A DNA stretch of 64,000 bases from Acidobacteriaceae bacterium (GTDB lineage Bacteria > Acidobacteriota > Terriglobia > Terriglobales > Acidobacteriaceae). Positions within the stretch are counted from its first letter, which is position 1; each line of letters opens with the position of its first letter. The DNA lies in assembly GCA_049796755.1 (NCBI GenBank), contig JBARFA010000005.1, forward strand, positions 2,625-66,624, written 5' to 3'. The notes beneath the pieces were generated by a model. It had not been told where the DNA came from and did not search any database. It saw nothing but the letters and a program-made list of their open reading frames with translations. Positions 20,197 to 29,156 of this stretch are shown here, piece by piece. Made by a program: the position numbers and the translations under genes.

Positions 20197-21561
20197 CTAT
20201 GCGGCGCTGACCGGTGCGCCTGTGTGGATGCCGGATGCGGGTGTGCGCTGCGGTCCGCGCGCAAGCTCGGCATAAATCAGGAAGACAAACAGGATCGACA
20301 ACATCGCATACAGCCCCATGAACCCAAGCAGCGTAAACAGCGTGTTCGCTGGAGAGACAAACTGGGAATATCCCTGGGTGGTGCGCATCAAGCCGTACAC
20401 CAGCCACGGTTGTCGACCAACCTCAGCCGTCAGCCAGCCTGCGGTATTGGCCACGTAAGGCAACGGAAAACTCAACATCAGCGCCCACAGCAGCCACTTC
20501 GCGTGAAACAACGTACCCCGCCACAACCAGATGACGGCCAGCACCATCAAGGCAACGAAGTAGGTCCCCAGACCGGCCATGATGTGATACGCGAAGAACA
20601 GGAGAGGTATATTGGTCGGCCATTGATCTTTGGGAAAACTCTCTAAGCCTTTGACTTCTGCCCGGGTGGTTCCATAGATCAGATAGCTGAGCACCTTGTT
20701 GACCACAAGCGGATTGTCAATCTGCTGATTCTCGACATTAGGCTGCCCCAACAGCACCATCGGAGCCCCTGGTTCCGTTTTGAAGAGACCCTCCATAGCG
20801 GCCACGGTCACCGGTTGGTGGCGAGCCAGGTATTTTCCGTGCATATCTCCACTGGGAAAGATCTGAAAAATGCAGGCAATCACTCCGGCGACGACACCCA
20901 CTCGCAGAAAAGCGCGACCATGGGCTGAGAATTTGTTTTCCAGCAGGTAAAACGCTCCTACCGAGCACATGACGAAGGCGCCGGTGATGACAGCTCCGCT
21001 CATGTTGTGGGCATATTCCAGCAGGGCCCAGGGATTCAGCAGTAACTTCCAGAAGCTGGTCACTTCATACGATCCGTTCGCCAGCACGCGATAGCCGACC
21101 GGATGCTGCATCCAGGCATTGGTGACGATGATGAAAAATCCCGAAATCCAGGAGCCGACAAACACCAGAAATGCGGCCGCCCAATGACCCCATTTAGAGA
21201 GGCGTTTTTCCCCGTACAGAAACAAGCCAAGAAATGCCGATTCCAGAAAGAAGGAGAACACGCCTTCCATGGCCAGCGGCTGGCCAATCACACCTCCGGT
21301 CATACGGGAGAACTGGGCCCAGTTGGTTCCGAACTGAAATTCCATCGGAATTCCCGTGACTACGCCCATGATGAAGTTGATCCCGAAGATACGCGCCCAG
21401 AACCGGGCTGCCTCGTCATAAACAGGATCATTGTTGCGAATGGCAATCGTCTTCAAAATGACGATTAGCAACGCCAATCCCATAGTAAGTTGAGGAAACA
21501 GATAGTGGTACGTGACCGTAAAGGCGAAATGCAGGCGATGGAGCAATAGCGCGTCAGACAT
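20197..21561 (-). CDS. cydA: cytochrome bd ubiquinol oxidase subunit I
   Basis: LHRLHFAFTVTYHYLFPQLTMG start region, Q-loop and GWLTAEVGRQPW motif. I chose the ATG at 21561 (RBS GGAAAGAGGGG upstream). The longest ORF starts at 21585. Confidence 0.9.
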   Translation of the reverse strand: MSDALLLHRLHFAFTVTYHYLFPQLTMGLALLIVILKTIAIRNNDPVYDEAARFWARIFGINFIMGVVTGIPMEFQFGTNWAQFSRMTGGVIGQPLAMEGVFSFFLESAFLGLFLYGEKRLSKWGHWAAAFLVFVGSWISGFFIIVTNAWMQHPVGYRVLANGSYEVTSFWKLLLNPWALLEYAHNMSGAVITGAFVMCSVGAFYLLENKFSAHGRAFLRVGVVAGVIACIFQIFPSGDMHGKYLARHQPVTVAAMEGLFKTEPGAPMVLLGQPNVENQQIDNPLVVNKVLSYLIYGTTRAEVKGLESFPKDQWPTNIPLLFFAYHIMAGLGTYFVALMVLAVIWLWRGTLFHAKWLLWALMLSFPLPYVANTAGWLTAEVGRQPWLVYGLMRTTQGYSQFVSPANTLFTLLGFMGLYAMLSILFVFLIYAELARGPQRTPASGIHTGAPVSAA

Positions 21562-21608
21562 GCGGCCCCTCTTTCCCTCAACCATAGGGAGGAAGAGTTG
21601 AAAACAGC

Positions 21609-21624
21609 GGTGACGACCGTCACA
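21609..21624. promoter_or_regulatory. Crp/Fnr-type palindrome upstream of cydAB
   Basis: GGTGACGACCGTCACA, that is GTGAC-N4-GTCAC with perfect arms. It is centred about 55 nt upstream of the cydA ATG at 21561. Confidence 0.5.
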
Positions 21625-21654
21625 GATGTTATATCAACTGTGGGATTTGACGGC

Positions 21655-22386
21655 CTAAACGAGAATCTCGAGCGCAGACTTGCGCAGGATGGTCAGCGAT
21701 GTTCCCTTGATGGAAATAATCTCTTTGCGCTTGAGTTCGCTCAGCACGCGCGTGATGGATTCGCGCGTTGTGCCCAGCATAGTGGCCAGTTCTTCGTGGG
21801 TCAACGACATGGTGAAGCGCGGTTTGGCATCGCGCGAGCCCGATGTCATTTCCAGCAGCAGCCGGGCGACACGGCCGGCGATCGACATGGAAAGCGCGAG
21901 CCGGGTGGCATCGCCCAGGGCATCGCGATATTCCTTATTGATCATCTTGGTCGCATGCATGCTGCCTTCCAGATGGTGTTCGATGAAGTGCAGAAAGTCC
22001 TGCCGCTGAAATGATTTCACCTGGACCGGCTCGATCGCCTGCGCAGTAATTTCATACGCCGTGCCGGAGACGGCAGCGCTCAGACCGAGCACATCTCCGG
22101 GCCTGGCAATTCTTACCAGCAGCGTCTTGCCATCTTTTGAGGAGGTGGTCAGCTTCACATGGCCGCCGCACAAGATATACACGCTGCGAGCAGTTTGCGA
22201 CTCAAAGAAAAGCGTGCTGCCGGAAGGAACTGTCATCTGCATGCCAAGCGTTTCAAATTCCACCAGCGCCTGCGGAGAAAGATTGCAGAACCAGTCGGCA
22301 TGCCTCTCCTTGCACATGAAGCAGCCTTCATTTTCCATTCTGTTGACACAGTTGTCAGTCATGGTCGCACCCTGAAAATTCAACAC
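21655..22386 (-). CDS. Crp/Fnr family transcriptional regulator with N-terminal Cys cluster
   Basis: cNMP-binding-like beta-roll (ILCGGHVKL) and a C-terminal HTH (THEELATMLGTTRESITRVLSEL). The N-terminus has C13, C22, C25 and C34 (CVNRMENEGCFMCKERHADWFC). Confidence 0.85.
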   Translation of the reverse strand: MLNFQGATMTDNCVNRMENEGCFMCKERHADWFCNLSPQALVEFETLGMQMTVPSGSTLFFESQTARSVYILCGGHVKLTTSSKDGKTLLVRIARPGDVLGLSAAVSGTAYEITAQAIEPVQVKSFQRQDFLHFIEHHLEGSMHATKMINKEYRDALGDATRLALSMSIAGRVARLLLEMTSGSRDAKPRFTMSLTHEELATMLGTTRESITRVLSELKRKEIISIKGTSLTILRKSALEILV

Positions 22387-22418
22387 AATCTAGTATTGTT
22401 TTCCTGGCGTCAATCGTT

Positions 22419-22434
22419 TGTGACGTGCATCACA
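22419..22434. promoter_or_regulatory. Crp/Fnr-type palindrome in the divergent promoter region between the crp/fnr gene and the NapH-like gene
   Basis: TGTGACGTGCATCACA matches TGTGA-N6-TCACA exactly. It is centred about 40 nt from the regulator start and about 55 nt from the NapH-like start. Confidence 0.55.
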
Positions 22435-22480
22435 GCTGTCGCTTTCGCCTTCCTCTAGAGTCAACCTTTGAGGGTGGGGG

Positions 22481-23632
22481 ATGTCCGCACAGTCTGAGGC
22501 CGAGTTGCAGCAGCCCATGGATGCAGGCAGCATACCTGACGGAGTCACTGCCGGGTTTGTTTCGTCGATTGCTAAACCCCGCAAGAAGCTGATTCGACGT
22601 ACCTTACAGGACCGTTCGCAGTGGTTTCGTCATAGCGTTCAGGCCGCCTTTGTGATGCTGAACATAGGGCTCGGAATCCAGTTTTGCCTATGGACACGCT
22701 ACTATGACACGGCCGGAAAAACGCTGTATGTGAACCGCCCCGCCGGGGTCGAAGGATGGCTGCCCATCGCCGGCATGATGAACACGAAATACCTGCTGGA
22801 AACCCATCACATTCCCCAGATTCATCCGGCAGCCATGTTTCTGTTCCTCGCATTCCTGCTCAGCAGCCTGCTGCTGAAAAAAGCGTTCTGCTCTTGGCTA
22901 TGCCCGATCGGCACGTTGTCAGAACTGCTATGGAAAACAGGCGCGAAGCTTTTCGGCAGAAACTTTCGGCTTCTCAAATGGCTCGACCTCCCGCTGCGCG
23001 GATTGAAATATCTCCTGCTCAGCTTTTTTGCATTTGTAATTGGAAGTATGTCGGCTGCGGCGTTGGCTGACTTTTTGCATTCGCCGTACGGCATGGTCGC
23101 GGATGTGAAAATGCTGAATTTCTTCCGCGACATGGGCCAGATCGGGATCATCGTTTTCGTCGTTCTGCTCTCGCTTTCTCTGTTCATACGGAATTTCTGG
23201 TGCCGCTATTTGTGCCCATACGGGGCGTTGATGGGATTGGCATCGCTGCTGAGTCCGGCAAAGATTCGGCGCGATGCGGCTGCATGTATCGATTGTAGGA
23301 AGTGCGCGCGTGCCTGCTCGGCCAACCTGCCAGTCGATCGGCTGATCCAGATTCGCTCTGTAGAATGCGCGGCCTGCATGGAATGTATCGCTGTGTGTCC
23401 GGCGGAGAACGCATTGCAGTTTTCGCTTCCACCCCGTCGCAGGGCTGAAGGGAGTGATCGCTGGCGCAATCTTGTGCTGACTCCCATGGCCGTGGTGATT
23501 GTGCTGGCGTGCGTCTTTTTTGGATTTGTCGGGTTCGCGAAAGCGAGCGGGCACTGGAATACAAATCTGCCGCGCTCGCTCTACATGGAACTGGTACCCA
23601 ATGCGAATCACCTCGCGCATCCGGGAATGTGA
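22481..23632 (+). CDS. NapH/NosR-like membrane 4Fe-4S binding protein
   Basis: Several TM segments, two CxxxCP motifs (CSWLCPIG, CRYLCPYG), and two ferredoxin-type motifs (CIDCRKCARAC, CAACMECIAVCP). Confidence 0.75.
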   Translation: MSAQSEAELQQPMDAGSIPDGVTAGFVSSIAKPRKKLIRRTLQDRSQWFRHSVQAAFVMLNIGLGIQFCLWTRYYDTAGKTLYVNRPAGVEGWLPIAGMMNTKYLLETHHIPQIHPAAMFLFLAFLLSSLLLKKAFCSWLCPIGTLSELLWKTGAKLFGRNFRLLKWLDLPLRGLKYLLLSFFAFVIGSMSAAALADFLHSPYGMVADVKMLNFFRDMGQIGIIVFVVLLSLSLFIRNFWCRYLCPYGALMGLASLLSPAKIRRDAAACIDCRKCARACSANLPVDRLIQIRSVECAACMECIAVCPAENALQFSLPPRRRAEGSDRWRNLVLTPMAVVIVLACVFFGFVGFAKASGHWNTNLPRSLYMELVPNANHLAHPGM

Positions 23633-23976
23633 GCTCAGTCAACAGGGATCAGGGGCAAGTTGCTCTAGGACAGTGGAGCGCCAAAGCCTTCCCGGCGTCG
23701 CCTTTCGCGGGCGTTGCAGATTTGGCGGTGGGTCGGAAGGTCTCAAAGTATCTCTCAGAATATTTACAGTTTGCGCTTCGACTAGCCCGCAAAGGGCTTC
23801 ATCATCGAAGCGCATTTCTTGACAGCGCTGAGAAGAAGAAGGGGCTCGCGTTGAGAGGCAATGCGGTGATCATTCCGGCGAGAGAGTATCTTTGGATTAG
23901 TGACGCAAGCGACCTCCCTTTGCTCGATAAATCAAACTGATCCCTGCTCCCTGTCCACTCTTCCCTGTTCCGTGTG

Positions 23977-24738
23977 CTAGATGCCTTCGCCCATACTCAC
24001 GTAATCTGACCGCGGATATTGCTGGCTGCGATAGCGCGTGCGTTCTTCTTCTTCCACGGCGAGCGCGCTTTCAGGATCTGTCAACAAGGTTTGCTGCAGC
24101 TGGCCATCCAGGAGCTCCACGCGAGATTTCAGACGCTTCACTTCGTCACAGAGAGCGACGATCACATCCGATAATGGATCATTGATTTCGCGTGGATCGG
24201 TAATTAACACGCGTTTGCCGCCTTGATACACGATGTGCGCTGGAACACCGACGACGGTCGAATCCGGTGGCACGTCGCGCAGCACGACGGAGCCGGCACC
24301 CACGCGAGAATGCTCTCCAATGGTGATATCGCCAAGGATGTTGGCATTGTTGCCGACAAACACTCCATCGCGAAGGGTCGGATGGCGCTTTCCGGTGCCC
24401 TTTCCGGTACCGCCGAGCGTCACACCCTGATAGAGCGTCACGTCGTCCCCAATGATTGCCGTCTGGCCAATCACCACGCCGATGCCGTGATCGATAAACA
24501 GTCGTCGGCCGATCTGCGCCTCTGGATGGATCTCAATTCCCGTCCAGAAACGGGTGACTTGCGACATCAGTCGAGGCAGCAGACGCCAGCCATGCGACCA
24601 AAGCCTGTGATGGATGCGATGGGCCCACACGGCGTGCAGGCCCGGATAGCACAGCAGCACCATCGCCTTCGAGGTAGCCGCAGGGTCGCGCTCGAACACG
24701 CAGCGAACGTCTTCGCGAATCAATCGAACCAGATTCAT
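23977..24738 (-). CDS. cysE: serine O-acetyltransferase
   Basis: N-terminal SATase helical domain ([30 protein letters not shown]), IHPEAQIG, and left-handed beta-helix hexapeptide repeats. Confidence 0.9.
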   Translation of the reverse strand: MNLVRLIREDVRCVFERDPAATSKAMVLLCYPGLHAVWAHRIHHRLWSHGWRLLPRLMSQVTRFWTGIEIHPEAQIGRRLFIDHGIGVVIGQTAIIGDDVTLYQGVTLGGTGKGTGKRHPTLRDGVFVGNNANILGDITIGEHSRVGAGSVVLRDVPPDSTVVGVPAHIVYQGGKRVLITDPREINDPLSDVIVALCDEVKRLKSRVELLDGQLQQTLLTDPESALAVEEEERTRYRSQQYPRSDYVSMGEGI

Positions 24739-24759
24739 AGAAGCGGTCTCATGACCGCG

Positions 24760-25731
24760 TCATACCGTCACGGCGGATGTTTTGGTTTCCATGGCCTCTT
24801 TGCGGAACTCGTCGAACAACACGGTCGACAGGTATCGCTCGCCGCCGCTGGGAATGATGACAACGATCAACTTTCCCGCGTTCTTCGGGTTCTTCGCCAC
24901 CTGGATCGCGGCATGGACCGCCGCTCCGGAGGAGATGCCAACCAGCAGGCCTTCTTCCTTCGGCAACCGACGCGCCATGGCAATAGCTTCGTCGTTTGTG
25001 ACCTGAACGATCTCGTCAATCAGATCGGTCTTCAGCACCTTGGGAACGAATCCAGCGCCAATTCCCTGGATTTTGTGCGGCCCGGGTTTGCCTCCGGAAA
25101 GCACAGGACTGTCGGCGGGCTCGACAGCGACCGTCCAGAAGCCAGGTTTTTTTGCCTTGATATATTCGCTGACGCCGGTCAGGGTTCCACCGGTACCGAC
25201 TCCGGAAATAAGGATATCGGCTTTGCCATCGGTGTCGTTCCAGATCTCCGGGCCGGTGGTATCGAAGTGAATCTTCGGGTTCGCAGGATTGTTAAATTGC
25301 TGCAGCATATAGCCGTTCGGAGTCTCTTTCAGAATCTCTTCTGCCTTGGCGACGGCGCCCTTTACGCCGCTCGGGCCGGGAGTCAGGACAATTTTCGCGC
25401 CAAACGTCAGCAACAGGATTCTGCGTTCCAGGCTCATCGTATCCGGCATGGTCAGGATGATGTCGTAGCCCTTGACCGCAGCAACAAATGCTAGCGCAAT
25501 GCCGGTATTGCCGCTCGTGGGCTCAATCAACACGGTTTTTCCGGGAGCAATCTTTCCTTCCCGCTCGGCCGCCTCAATCATGGCCAGGCCAATGCGGTCT
25601 TTCACGCTGCTCAGCGGGTTCTGGCTCTCCAGCTTTACCACCACTCTCGCCTTGCTGCCTTCGGTCACATGATGCAACTCCACCAGAGGAGTACGTCCAA
25701 TCAGATCCGTTACGCTTGCGGCAATATTCAT
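24760..25731 (-). CDS. cysK: cysteine synthase A (O-acetylserine sulfhydrylase)
   Basis: PLP-lysine motif [16 protein letters not shown], and [10 protein letters not shown]. Located 21 nt upstream of cysE. Confidence 0.9.
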   Translation of the reverse strand: MNIAASVTDLIGRTPLVELHHVTEGSKARVVVKLESQNPLSSVKDRIGLAMIEAAEREGKIAPGKTVLIEPTSGNTGIALAFVAAVKGYDIILTMPDTMSLERRILLLTFGAKIVLTPGPSGVKGAVAKAEEILKETPNGYMLQQFNNPANPKIHFDTTGPEIWNDTDGKADILISGVGTGGTLTGVSEYIKAKKPGFWTVAVEPADSPVLSGGKPGPHKIQGIGAGFVPKVLKTDLIDEIVQVTNDEAIAMARRLPKEEGLLVGISSGAAVHAAIQVAKNPKNAGKLIVVIIPSGGERYLSTVLFDEFRKEAMETKTSAVTV

Positions 25732-25787
25732 GGTCGGTCCTTTCTACAGTCCTAGATAACAAAAGCATACCGTTTTTTGAGTTGGGC

Positions 25788-25803
25788 CGTGACGCACGTC
25801 ACG
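25788..25803. promoter_or_regulatory. Crp/Fnr-type palindrome between cysK and the 2OG oxygenase gene
   Basis: CGTGACGCACGTCACG, that is GTGAC-N4-GTCAC with perfect arms. It is centred about 65 nt from both divergent start codons. Confidence 0.45.
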
Positions 25804-25861
25804 GAGGAATGTGCGCCGGAGTGAGACCGTATTCCTGAGTGCCTGCTTTCGGAGGTTGGGT

Positions 25862-26590
25862 ATGACCTATCTCGACTCGGGACATATCGAGTCTCTTTCC
25901 CCGGAAAAGTTCCGTACGCGGAAGCCCTATCCCTGGATCAGTATTCCGGCTGCATTGACGGCAGAAGGCTTTGAGCGCTTGCGCAACGCCATGCCCGATG
26001 TGGAGAAGTTCGACCGCAAGGTCGGGATCAAACGAGGGTACGGACAAGCTCCGCATGATCGCTACATTCTGCATTACAGGACGGGCATCGAATTGCCGGA
26101 ACCATGGAAGGAATTTGTCGCTGAGCTGCAAGGCAATGCCTACCAGTCCTGGCTGCGAAGGATGCTGGGTCCGCAGCAGTTTATTTTGACGATGGAGTGG
26201 TATTACGCGTGGCAAGGATGCTCCGTCTCCCCACACTGTGATGCACGACGCAAGCTGGCAACCCACATTTTTTACTTCAATACGGACGAGGACTGGGATG
26301 AAAACTGGGGTGGCCAGATCCTGATGATGGATGACGAGGGCCGCTGCAAGCCGCATTCCGCACCGGCCTTCGACGATCTGAAAGTGGCCGCTTCGCTGGT
26401 TCCGCGCGGAAATGAGAGCCTGTTTTTTCAACGGACTGATCATTCCTGGCACGGCGTCCGGCCTTTGGAATGCCCATCCAACAGCCTGCGAAAGCTCTTT
26501 ATTGTGACCGTGAACGTGCCTACATTTCAGGTGTGGTGGAGGCGCGTTCGCGGGAAAGATCCCGACGGATACCGGATGGGAGCGGCGTGA
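25862..26590 (+). CDS. 2OG-Fe(II) oxygenase superfamily protein
   Basis: HxD (SPHCD) plus a distal His (SWHGV) in a jelly-roll-like context. I chose the ATG at 25862 (GGAGG upstream). The longest ORF starts with GTG at 25811. Confidence 0.65.
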   Translation: MTYLDSGHIESLSPEKFRTRKPYPWISIPAALTAEGFERLRNAMPDVEKFDRKVGIKRGYGQAPHDRYILHYRTGIELPEPWKEFVAELQGNAYQSWLRRMLGPQQFILTMEWYYAWQGCSVSPHCDARRKLATHIFYFNTDEDWDENWGGQILMMDDEGRCKPHSAPAFDDLKVAASLVPRGNESLFFQRTDHSWHGVRPLECPSNSLRKLFIVTVNVPTFQVWWRRVRGKDPDGYRMGAA

Positions 26591-26701
26591 AAGTTTGAAA
26601 GCCGGGCGCGACCGGAGCTGCAAAGTGAAAAGCACTTCCACCGCTTGGGATAACGACTGGCGGTGAATCTTAGAATCCGAAGCAAAGAAAGCGGTCCTTA
26701 T

Positions 26702-27196
26702 ATGTCATCCACAGAAACAATCCAGGTTCCATCGAAAACCCACACGCCAGTCAGCAAAAAGGCCATCACAGAGCCGCGCGTGCTGAACGAAGCTTTCGAA
26801 TACGCCAAGCCATCGTCGTTCTCCCGCGGGCTGCGGCTGGACATCAAAGGCGTCACCATCCTGCTGATTTCAGGCACCGCGAGCATCGATGAGTTTGGAA
26901 AAACCGTGCATGTCGGGGATTTTGGCGCACAAATGGCCCGTACCCTGCACAACATCACTGGCCTGCTGGCTGCCGAAGGCGCTACCTGGAAGGATGTTGT
27001 GCGGACAAGCTGCTATTTGCGCGATATCGAGCGAGATTACGACGAGTTCAACCAGATACGGACGCAGTTCTTTCGGGAACAAGGGCTGAACCCTTTGCCC
27101 GCCTCCACGGGGATCCAGGCAATTCTTTGCCGCCCTGATCTGCTGATTGAGATTGAGGCGATGGTCATGTTCGAGACCGATCACTCAGCACAATAG
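26702..27196 (+). CDS. RidA/YjgF family protein
   Basis: YjgF-like pattern ILLISGTASID ... VVRTSCYLRDI ... PASTGIQA ... LIEIEAMV. I chose the ATG at 26702. Confidence 0.7.
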   Translation: MSSTETIQVPSKTHTPVSKKAITEPRVLNEAFEYAKPSSFSRGLRLDIKGVTILLISGTASIDEFGKTVHVGDFGAQMARTLHNITGLLAAEGATWKDVVRTSCYLRDIERDYDEFNQIRTQFFREQGLNPLPASTGIQAILCRPDLLIEIEAMVMFETDHSAQ

Positions 27197-27292
27197 TCGG
27201 CTTACCGAGGAAAAAACTCGCCTGAGAAACTCCACGCTGGGATCGAAAAAAGATGCGATGCCTGGCGTCGCGGGGGCATTCCAGCCGACATA

Positions 27293-27320
27293 TTGAAATT
27301 GGGAAATCGTCGGCTAGAAT
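27293..27320 (+). promoter_or_regulatory. sigma70-like promoter for the CHASE3 kinase gene
   Basis: TTGAAA, 16-nt spacer, TAGAAT. It lies inside the longest ORF (start 27253), which supports the ATG at 27349 as the true start. Confidence 0.45.
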
Positions 27321-27348
27321 AGTTCGGAAGGATCAGCCCCTCGGACTT

Positions 27349-29118
27349 ATGCAAAACTTTTATAAACGTGCCGGAGTCCTGACTGGTTTTGTCTTATTGC
27401 TGCTCATCCTGATTGCGAACGCGTTCGTCACGCGGCGGCAACTTGCTGTGCAGGTTGCCAACCAATCCTGGGTGCTGCACTCACGACAGGTCCTTTTCGA
27501 GCTGAGCCAGATCGAGTCGCTGCTGAAAGATGCGGAAACTGGCCAACGAGGATTCCTGTATACCGGCCAGCCGTTGTACCTGCGACCCTACAATCTCGCG
27601 CTAACACAGATTGAACCGCACCTGCGCAATCTTTCTCAACTGACCGCCGATAATCGGCGTCAACAAGCGAACATTTCTCAGCTGCGTGGCTTGACGCAGA
27701 AGAAGCTGAACGAACTCGCCCAAACCATCCTGCTATATAAATCGGGACAAACCCAACAGGCAAAAGCGCTGGTCCTGTCGGATTATGGCCTGGCGACGAT
27801 GGACAAAATTCGACAGCTGACGAATCAGATGATGCAGGAAGAAACGTCACTGGAACAAGCGCGCATGGCCGCGTACCGGCGCAGTGTGCGCTCCACGATT
27901 CTTTCCATTTACTTCGCCACCATATTGGCGGCATTGGGTCTGCTGTTGCTGGGCTATCGGATTCTGCGGGAAATGGATCTTCGCGAGAAACATGGCGCTG
28001 AAATTCGAGAACGCGAGGAGTGGTTCCGAGTCACGCTGACCAGCATCGGTGATGCCGTGATTGCCACGGACAAGCAGGGGACCGTCACGTTTGTGAATCC
28101 TGTAGCCGCGCAGTTGACTGGAACCAGCTTTGCGCAGGCCAAAGGTAGGCCGATCCAGGAGATCTTTCCGATCTTCCATGAGTACACCCACCAGGTGAGC
28201 GAAAATCCTGTGAAGAAGGTGCTGGAGCAAGGAAAGATCGTGGGACTGGCGAATCATACCGTGCTGCAGCACAGAGACGGCTCGCTGACTCCGATTGAGG
28301 ACAGTGCGGCGCCGATCCGTAGCGATAGCGGAGATGTGGTTGGAGTCGTCCTCGTGTTTCGAGATGCGACCTATCATCGGAAATCGCAGGAAGTCCTTCG
28401 CAAAGCGGAGAAGCTCGCGGCAGCGGCGCGATTGGCAGCGACGGTGGCGCACGAGATCAACAATCCGCTGGAAGCTGTCGGCAACCTGATTTACCTGGCA
28501 AAGGCGGCTCCGCAAATGCCGACAGAAGCCATGCAGCAGCTGACGATGGCAGAGCAGGAATTAGCACGCGTATCACATCTGACACGGCAAACCCTCGGAT
28601 TCTATCGAGAGTCGAGCTCCGCCGTATCGGTGGAGGTTCCCGCGCTGATCGAGTCTGTGCTCGCTCTCTACTCCAACAAGTTCAATACGAAAAATATTAC
28701 GGTGGTGCGGGATTTTGGCGAATGCCCGCCGATTCAGGTGGTGCGCGGGGAGATGAATCAGGTAGTCGCCAACCTGATCTCCAATGCCGCCGATGCGGTC
28801 GCACACAATGGCGTGATTACCATTCGCCTGGCCTGCAAGCAAAGTACCGACGGACCCGTGGTACATCTGGCTGTGGAAGACGATGGCCCAGGAGTCACGG
28901 AAGAGAACGCGCAGCGCATCTTTGAACCGTTCTTTACTACCAAAAAAGACGTAGGGACGGGGTTGGGACTTTGGGTAGTGAAAGAAATTGTTGAACGCCA
29001 CGGAGGCGCGGTTGTAGTGAATTCGCACAACGGCAACGGCTCGCGCGGCGCCACCTTCACCGTGCAGTTACCCTGCAATACAGGGGCAGCAGTTGCAGAG
29101 GAAGAAGCTTCCGCGTAA
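27349..29118 (+). CDS. sensor histidine kinase (CHASE3-PAS-HisKA-HATPase)
   Basis: TM segment plus a CHASE3-like periplasmic helix bundle (ETGQRGFLYTG), a second TM segment, PAS (FRVTLTSIGDAVIATD), H-box VAHEINNPL, N-box and G-boxes (DDGPGV, GTGLGL). Confidence 0.85.
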   Translation: MQNFYKRAGVLTGFVLLLLILIANAFVTRRQLAVQVANQSWVLHSRQVLFELSQIESLLKDAETGQRGFLYTGQPLYLRPYNLALTQIEPHLRNLSQLTADNRRQQANISQLRGLTQKKLNELAQTILLYKSGQTQQAKALVLSDYGLATMDKIRQLTNQMMQEETSLEQARMAAYRRSVRSTILSIYFATILAALGLLLLGYRILREMDLREKHGAEIREREEWFRVTLTSIGDAVIATDKQGTVTFVNPVAAQLTGTSFAQAKGRPIQEIFPIFHEYTHQVSENPVKKVLEQGKIVGLANHTVLQHRDGSLTPIEDSAAPIRSDSGDVVGVVLVFRDATYHRKSQEVLRKAEKLAAAARLAATVAHEINNPLEAVGNLIYLAKAAPQMPTEAMQQLTMAEQELARVSHLTRQTLGFYRESSSAVSVEVPALIESVLALYSNKFNTKNITVVRDFGECPPIQVVRGEMNQVVANLISNAADAVAHNGVITIRLACKQSTDGPVVHLAVEDDGPGVTEENAQRIFEPFFTTKKDVGTGLGLWVVKEIVERHGGAVVVNSHNGNGSRGATFTVQLPCNTGAAVAEEEASA

Positions 29119-29156
29119 TTGGCACTAGGGTGTTAGAACGGCGAAAGACTGCCGTT

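Noticed and set aside
23643-23946. 10-bp inverted repeat CAGGGATCAG / CTGATCCCTG flanking about 290 bp between the NapH-like gene and cysE (MITE-like appearance)
   Set aside because: The match does not extend beyond 10 bp. By rough estimate, several such 10-mer inverted pairs within 300 bp are expected by chance in a 64-kb window. No target-site duplication was seen.
24223-25494. 423-aa ORF on the plus strand spanning cysE and cysK
   Set aside because: It is antisense to two confidently identified genes and has an Arg/Ala/Gly-rich composition typical of shadow ORFs in GC-rich DNA. No motifs were recognised.
25799-26641. 280-aa minus-strand ORF
   Set aside because: It is antisense to the 2OG-Fe(II) oxygenase ORF, which carries HxD...H motifs. 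The minus-strand frame has no recognisable features.
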